Assembly: GCA_965601925.1 (NCBI GenBank)
Contig: OZ271854.1
Location: 4,032,001 to 4,096,000 of the forward strand
Reading direction: 5' to 3'
Length of the DNA stretch: 64,000 bases
DNA from: Alkalispirochaeta sp.
GTDB lineage: Bacteria; Spirochaetota; Spirochaetia; DSM-27196; Alkalispirochaetaceae
Shown here: positions 58,079 to 64,000 of the stretch, piece after piece
How the letters are laid out: each line of letters begins with the position of its first letter
Numbering within the stretch: the first letter of the stretch is position 1
Notes under the pieces: generated by a model
The model's input: only the letters and a program-made list of their open reading frames with translations
Told to the model about the DNA's origin: nothing
Databases searched by the model: none
Made by a program: the position numbers and the translations under genes

Positions 58079-59851
58079 ATGAAAATGAATCGATCCGCTT
58101 TAAAAAGCATCGTCCGCACGATGATCGGTATTACCGTGGTCATCGGGTTCGCCGCTTGTAGCTTCGGCGGTAGCGGAGACGGTGGCGGTAGCCCGTCGGA
58201 CTCTCCGGCGTCCCGTACCCTTCGGGACATGCCGGAGATCGAAGCGCAACTCCCGGCAAGCCTGGCGAGCGGCGGCACGACGGGGTCCGGCTCAGTTGCC
58301 GCGGCGGCGGTCGACGACGTCACGGAGGTGGTTGCGTCACAGATCCCGGACGTCAAAGCGCAGGGATGGTACGACATGAAGGACGCCGCGGGGCTGGACT
58401 TCCTCACCGAAGCGTTTGTCGACGAACTGCGTGAGATCGCGGACGAGCGCGCCCTCGACTTCAACACCGTGTACACGATCGGCCAACGCGATTTCGTTGA
58501 CGGACAGTACGATTTGGGGCGATTGAAACTGCTCGGATCCGAAAACGACATGACCGTGTACTGGTTCGCCCGCCCGTTCCCCGGCACCGGATTCTGGGCG
58601 CGCATTCACATCGTCAAGTCGGGAGACGACTGGAGCGTAACCGCGACGATGAACCAGTACAGCGACGCTTCCAGCGGATGGGGCGAATCGACCCTCTTGA
58701 GCTACGCCGACTTCGACACCGCAACCGGTGAGTCGCTCTTGCTTCTCGATGACACCTTCACCGATCCGGGATTCGGCACCGAGCGGTGGCAGGAGATCAC
58801 CGTGAGCGTCCCCAACAGCGACGGATCGCTGACCGTGCTCTCCGAATACGCCCTCGACGGCGACGCGGGGTGGAGCGAAATGCGCATCGGCTGGGGCGAC
58901 GACTCGATGGGCGGCGTACTCGGCATCGGTGAAGACGGAAGCTCAGCGTTCAAGGAGTTCTACGACGGTAACGGCAGCCTCCTACAACAGAGTTGGGGAT
59001 ACGACTCGCTCTTGGCGGGCGGTATCAGTTGGATCGAGTCGGAGGGCTTCAACTTAGCGGACGTCGCCGGTTTTAGTCCGGCTCCAAACACGGTGTACGT
59101 CTTCTCCGTATGGAACGGGGTCAACGACGCGCGGTATGTGAGCGCGGATAATGCATTGGACGTCGTCACCGACACCGAAATCGGTCAGACGTGGGGGCTC
59201 TACTATAAGGGCGGCGATTTCTGGGCCAGCGGCGATGCGCTTTACAACTGGAACAGCGGCGACGCGTACGACGACGGCGATCTCAGCACATGGGTCTGGC
59301 GAGAGGAGTATACGCTAGGCTACCAGGTTCCGACGGCTGATTCGTTCTTCGGCGGTTCGTACTACTTCGAGGACCGCTACCCGTTCAAGCACCTTCTTCC
59401 CCTCGTCGACCCCTTCGCCGGCAATACGGTACGGAAGAAAGAGGGAGAGACCTTTTCGGACTCCTGGATCGACGAAGACAGCGGCGAGACCGAAACCTGG
59501 TCCTGGACCGACTACCAGTACTTCATAGACGTCGACGACGATGGCGCGTTGGACCCCGGAGGCGAGAACCCCGACGTCATCTTAGACGGCGTCTGGATGA
59601 GTGAAAACTGGGTGTGGGATAGCGCCAACCAGCAAGAAATCAAGGTACGAGCGCCGTTTCTCACGACGACGGGCGGCAACCTCCCCGGTTACTTCGACTT
59701 CGTGGAAGCCAATCAGGAGATCGTAGACGCCGTGGAGTTGCGCATCACCGATATCTACGACACCGATTTCGCCGGTCTTTCCTTTGACGCGTATAGCTCC
59801 AACCTGGAAGATATACGCAACGCACCGGAGTTCGACGACGTCGAGTTTTGA
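58079..59851 (+). CDS. Large acidic hypothetical lipoprotein
   Basis: RBS AAGGAG; lipobox GFAAC then a Gly/Ser linker; rich in D, E, G, W and Y; no family recognised. Confidence 0.8.
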   Translation: MKMNRSALKSIVRTMIGITVVIGFAACSFGGSGDGGGSPSDSPASRTLRDMPEIEAQLPASLASGGTTGSGSVAAAAVDDVTEVVASQIPDVKAQGWYDMKDAAGLDFLTEAFVDELREIADERALDFNTVYTIGQRDFVDGQYDLGRLKLLGSENDMTVYWFARPFPGTGFWARIHIVKSGDDWSVTATMNQYSDASSGWGESTLLSYADFDTATGESLLLLDDTFTDPGFGTERWQEITVSVPNSDGSLTVLSEYALDGDAGWSEMRIGWGDDSMGGVLGIGEDGSSAFKEFYDGNGSLLQQSWGYDSLLAGGISWIESEGFNLADVAGFSPAPNTVYVFSVWNGVNDARYVSADNALDVVTDTEIGQTWGLYYKGGDFWASGDALYNWNSGDAYDDGDLSTWVWREEYTLGYQVPTADSFFGGSYYFEDRYPFKHLLPLVDPFAGNTVRKKEGETFSDSWIDEDSGETETWSWTDYQYFIDVDDDGALDPGGENPDVILDGVWMSENWVWDSANQQEIKVRAPFLTTTGGNLPGYFDFVEANQEIVDAVELRITDIYDTDFAGLSFDAYSSNLEDIRNAPEFDDVEF

Positions 59852-59878
59852 GTGATTGGAACGCGATTTTGACAGTAT

Positions 59879-59904
59879 AAGGGTCCCATTCGGGGCCCTT
59901 TTTT
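59879..59904 (+). terminator. Intrinsic terminator
   Basis: AAGGGTCCC-attc-GGGGCCCTT followed by a T run. Confidence 0.8.
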
Positions 59905-59923
59905 CATATGGAAGGATCGACGA

Positions 59924-60093
59924 CCGGAGCGAACCGGTGGGGAACCCCCGGGTCGTACGGTCGCGCTCAGACAGGCGCACGGTCGCGCCTGGGTGGCGGC
60001 CGAGGGCGCTTTGCGATACTGTGGCTCTATGAGCTCGACATTCATCGTCGAAGTCAACGGCGCGACGATACACGGCGAACGGACCGGTACGGG
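59924..60093 (+). repeat. Right copy of the imperfect direct repeat
   Basis: Matches 57576-57788 with one fewer 22-bp unit. Confidence 0.88.
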
Positions 60094-60841
60094 TCCTACC
60101 CTCCTCTGTCTCCACGCCGGGGTCGCCGACACACGGATGTGGCGTGCGCAAATGGTTGGCCTCGGCGATGCGTTTCAGGTGACGTCCTACGACAGACGGG
60201 GGTACGGGAAGACCACGACGCCGGACGAGCCCTTCTCCCACATCGAGGATCTGGAGGCGGTGGTGGACCACCTCGGCGGTGAGGCGGTCTCACTCGTCGG
60301 CGCCTCGCAAGGAGGGCGTGTGGCCGTAGATTTCGCCCTCGCCTTCCCGGACCGCGTGCGTTCTCTCTTTCTCATCGGTCCGGCACTCAGCGGTGCCCCC
60401 TCACCCGACGCCTTCCCCACGCTGATCCGGGAACGCCTCGATCGGCTGGATGCGGCCGAGGCGGCCGACGACATAGATGCGGTGAACGAGATCGAGGCGA
60501 TCCTCTGGCTCGACGGGCCTGAGCAGGCCGAAGGTCGGGTCTCCGGGCCGCTGCGCCGAACCTTCCTCGAGATGAACCGCATTGCCCTGGAGGCACCGGA
60601 GCTCACGCAGGAGCGCGAGCCGGAGTCGGCGATGGCGCACCTGGGAAACCTCACGACGGCGACGTACGTAGTGTGGGGCGCCCTGGACTTTCCGCACATC
60701 GCCGAACGGTGCCGCCGCCTCGTCGATACGCTCCCTAACGCGTCGGGGCACGAGATACCGGGCTGCGCCCACCTGCCGAGCTACGAGCGACCGGAGGTGG
60801 TGAATCCGTTGATTCGCAGGTTGTGCGGAGAGGTGGAATGA
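60029..60841 (+). CDS. Alpha/beta fold hydrolase
   Basis: LHAG, YDRRGYG, GASQGG nucleophile elbow, GALD, AHLP. Confidence 0.92.
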   Translation: MSSTFIVEVNGATIHGERTGTGPTLLCLHAGVADTRMWRAQMVGLGDAFQVTSYDRRGYGKTTTPDEPFSHIEDLEAVVDHLGGEAVSLVGASQGGRVAVDFALAFPDRVRSLFLIGPALSGAPSPDAFPTLIRERLDRLDAAEAADDIDAVNEIEAILWLDGPEQAEGRVSGPLRRTFLEMNRIALEAPELTQEREPESAMAHLGNLTTATYVVWGALDFPHIAERCRRLVDTLPNASGHEIPGCAHLPSYERPEVVNPLIRRLCGEVE

Positions 60842-60884
60842 AAAGATGTGCCGACCGGTAGTAAAACCGATGTGAGAGACGATC

Positions 60885-61385
60885 GTGGACGCTCCGGCTT
60901 TTTTCGTGACGATAATGCATCTGGCCGTCTCTCCGTTGGTGATCATCGGAGTGATAGGCATCGGGGAACTCATCGTGGTGCTGCGGTTCGCGACGAAACG
61001 CGGCAGAACGTTCCACAAGAGCGAACATCGAAGCGTGCTCCCATTCGTCGGCATGGGTGCGACCGTCGTATTCGTGAGTTATCTATCCCTCAGGTCTGAA
61101 AGCAACGTTATAACGACAGTCATTACTCTTGCCGCGACTTCATTGCCCATACTGCCGTTTGCACTTCGCGCGGCATTCGGCGGCATCTACGAGCATATGA
61201 TCGTCTCGAGCGAGTACATCTGCACATGGGATACGATTGAGCGCTATGAAATCGACCGGGACACTTTCAGGCTAACCCATAGGACAAAGGGCGCCGCAGA
61301 GTTCCGGATGAACCCGGCGGAGCTCGCCACGACACGTCGGGAGGCGGATAGAATACTGGGCCGACCCGGAGACGAGACGCGGTGA
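60885..61385 (+). CDS. Hypothetical membrane protein
   Basis: Three hydrophobic segments followed by a small PH-like tail (GIYE..WDTIERYE). Confidence 0.55.
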   Translation: MDAPAFFVTIMHLAVSPLVIIGVIGIGELIVVLRFATKRGRTFHKSEHRSVLPFVGMGATVVFVSYLSLRSESNVITTVITLAATSLPILPFALRAAFGGIYEHMIVSSEYICTWDTIERYEIDRDTFRLTHRTKGAAEFRMNPAELATTRREADRILGRPGDETR

Positions 61386-61554
61386 AGCGGGACCGGAAGA
61401 ACGATCGCGACGGCTGCACGCGCCGGCGAGTCCTCCACGGTAGCCGTGCTACCCACTTACTCCCGACGGTCGATCGCAGGACACCGTTGCTCGTTGCTTG
61501 CGCCGTCCGTTTCCCGTCGTGATACGAGATCCGATTGATAAGCCGAAGCACCCA

Positions 61555-63325
61555 CTAATCCACGCGATCCGTATCACCTGTCGAGTCGATACCCCGGATA
61601 ACATCCCGCTTTCCGATCACGAAATACATATCAATCTCGCCGCGATTTTTTGTCATAATCTTGCCTCTGTAGTCGCATGCGAAATGACTTCGTACTTTCT
61701 CGTATACTTCGAGAGATATGTTGATCTGACCCGGACGGCTGTTCGACTCCAGACGTGACGCGATGTTGACGACATCCCCCCAAATATCGTATGCAAATTT
61801 CCGACTACCGATGATACCGGCGACGACGGGACCGCAATGAACTCCGATACGGATCGGCCAGACACGTTTTTTCCGCCGCTCCCGCTCGCGATTGAAGTTT
61901 TCCATAAACGCCTTGATATCCCACGCAGCGTCCAGCAACCGGATGAGATGGCCGTCAACCGTCTCCGGGAGACCCGAGGCGCACATGTAGGAGTCCCCGA
62001 TCGTTTTAAGTTTTTCGATCCCGTGGCGCTCGACGATGGAGTCAAATGCCCTGAATATCGAATCGAGATCGGCTACAAGTTCTCCCGCGCTCATCTCCCG
62101 TGCGATACCGGTAAAGCCCTTGAAGTCGGTGAATAGCACACCCGCATCCGGAAAGAGAACGGGCTCCGACGTACCTGTTTCCTTAAGCTCCTCGGCGATT
62201 TTGTCCGGGAGAATGTTTCTCAGGAGTTCGTCTGTTCTCCGTTTCTCGTTCTCCAGGCTCTTGTTGAGAACTTCGAGTTGAGCCTTCTGTCTCTGTACCT
62301 CGCGCCGGGCCTCCTCTATTTCCCGACCGACCGTTCGTAGGATCGCCGTGTTATTATCCTTGAGATGCTCCAGCTCGACCCTATACCGTCGCTCCCGTTC
62401 AATTTGACGTGATAGCAACGCGCCGTCATCGGCATTCCCGTTCCCCTTTTCACGGTAGCGCCGCGGCGGGTTAACGTCTCTTTCACCGATGAGGAGCGTC
62501 ACCATGGTCATGTTGTGCAACTTCGAATGTGCGTCTTCCCGAATAGGCGCGAACTCGGCAAAAGCGTAATACCCCATTACGTTTGTTCCGCTCGCGTGCA
62601 CATCTTCGAGAATTTGCAATTCTTGATTAACACGGGTGCCGAGCATATCTTTCCGCGCGTGGCAGGAAAACACCAGGGCGGCTTCGGGTGTTCCCGCGAA
62701 ACTCCGCACCTGGCTGTTCGCCGTCGATCGCGTGGCATCCAGGATTCCATCCGGCGTGGCCTCGGATAGACGTACCATGGATCCGTTCGGCACCTCTCCG
62801 GCGAATGAAATCGAACCGTCGCGTTCATCAAACCCCGCCGACTACCACGCAATCACTCGAAAGACGGTCTTTGAGCGACAACAACACGTCGGGAATGCGT
62901 GTGGCGGTACCATCGGGAATGACAATGCAAATCTTGTCACGATGAATATCGTTATCGTCAAACCTGTTGAATGCCCGCGTAATCGCGCCGTCCGGGTCGT
63001 CGGAAATGCGCGATCCGAGGGAAGCGCGAAATCGAATGTGATCCGATGCGAATACCATGAGTCCCGCGGAAAACTCGCTAAACCCGAATGCCGAGGAAAA
63101 AACGCCCGATGTGGTACCGCCGATAAGCTGTATTCCCGGATACTTGTCGAGGACTGCCCTGAGCAGTATTTCGCCGCGAAAATCGACGTCGGCCATCAGT
63201 ATCCCGGCGTCCGGATCGACAGCGCCGAGTTGATCGTCGAGTTGGCGTAGAATTCTGTCTGCCACATCACCGGGATCGCTGCCTTCGGCGTGTCCGATCG
63301 CGGTTGTTAAAACACCCTCCGCCAC
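61555..63325 (-). pseudogene. FIST-domain class III adenylate cyclase, split by an internal deletion and frameshift near 62830
   Basis: 63325-62828 is FIST-N (LIGGTT, IPDG, VVGG*). A different frame resumes FDERDGSISFAGEVPNGS..FSCHAR..GYYAFAE..HNMT, then the cyclase (FTDFKGFT, KTIGDSYM, YDIWGDVVNIASRLES). Confidence 0.8.
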
Positions 63326-63424
63326 AACGGTGCCCCCACCATGAGTGTACGTATTCCAATCATAATGCTCAAGGAAGCGCTCTTACCGAGCGAGCCCCAT
63401 GGAGCGGCAAAGGCACCCCGTACG

Positions 63425-63916
63425 CTACGGGGGGAGGAGATGCTCGATCGCAACGTGGTAGCGCTCGGTCAGACGGTGCCCGATGAGAGAGCGATGGCAC
63501 GCCGCCGCGTCGCGCTCTACGCAGAGCAACGCCGCTACCTCACCGTTTTGCACTGCGGAGACGATCGGCCCGAGATCCGCGCGGTCGAGGATTTCGGTCG
63601 TGTAGCGCCGGGAATACTCAGCGGCGAGTCTTTGTCGTGAGCGTTTTCCCACACCTTGGCGCTCGTCCTCGGCGTACTGTAGCCGGCGCAACTCGGTGGT
63701 CGGCGCCAGTTCGGGGTGGTGTTGGTAGGCGATCCCCGCCCCTTCCGGAGCGGCTTGGAGGCGAAGCGAGTTCGCCCAAGCGTAATCGGGTCCGCGCACA
63801 CCACGGCGCTGGCGGACGTCGAGAAGCAGCTGCACTTCCGCCAGGCGCAGGCGCTCCAGAAAGGAATCACGATCAAAGCCGTACACACCGATCGTTACCA
63901 TTTTCAGTACTGACAT
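63425..63916 (-). CDS. DUF488 family protein
   Basis: TIGVYG, LLDVRQRRGVRG, LAP, ALLCVE..ACHRSLI. Confidence 0.85.
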   Translation of the reverse strand: MSVLKMVTIGVYGFDRDSFLERLRLAEVQLLLDVRQRRGVRGPDYAWANSLRLQAAPEGAGIAYQHHPELAPTTELRRLQYAEDERQGVGKRSRQRLAAEYSRRYTTEILDRADLGPIVSAVQNGEVAALLCVERDAAACHRSLIGHRLTERYHVAIEHLLPP

Positions 63917-64000
63917 CACCGATCCATTGCTTCCGCGCCGCCCCACCCTCAATACCCGCCGAAGGGCGGCGCAACCGCATCATGCGACGGCGGTCGCCTC

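Overview
GC-rich bacterial DNA, most likely a free-living Spirochaetaceae member (binding proteins start with spirochaete-style signal peptides such as FAGGAGEEA and AAGGEQEEA; there are two chemoreceptors and acidic secreted proteins). This assignment is inference. The central ~27 kb (20.6-47.5 kb) is a catabolic island that looks like a sulfosugar (sulfoquinovose-type) degradation locus. It carries a sulfo-transketolase branch ending in sulfoacetate: split transketolase, non-canonical RpiB, SauS/SqwD-type acylating aldehyde dehydrogenase, divergent SucCD-like ligase, and DASS and TauE transporters. It also has a transaldolase plus GabD-like dehydrogenase, an SqvD-like isomerase, ABC and TRAP importers and a ROK regulator with five copies of a 24-bp operator-like motif. 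No GH31 or GH188 sulfoquinovosidase is visible. Instead there is a GH4 glycosidase, an APH-type kinase, an amidohydrolase and a NagB-like deaminase, suggesting an undescribed entry route, possibly for an amino/N-acyl sulfosugar. Elsewhere: fucI-fucU, recQ, acs, leuA with an attenuator, ptsP-like EI, GH1, tRNA-Val, tRNA-Leu followed by a 3x137-bp repeat-spacer array, a lipoprotein gene flanked by a ~200-bp duplication, and a deletion-disrupted FIST-adenylate cyclase. All family calls come from motif recognition by eye; no searches were run.
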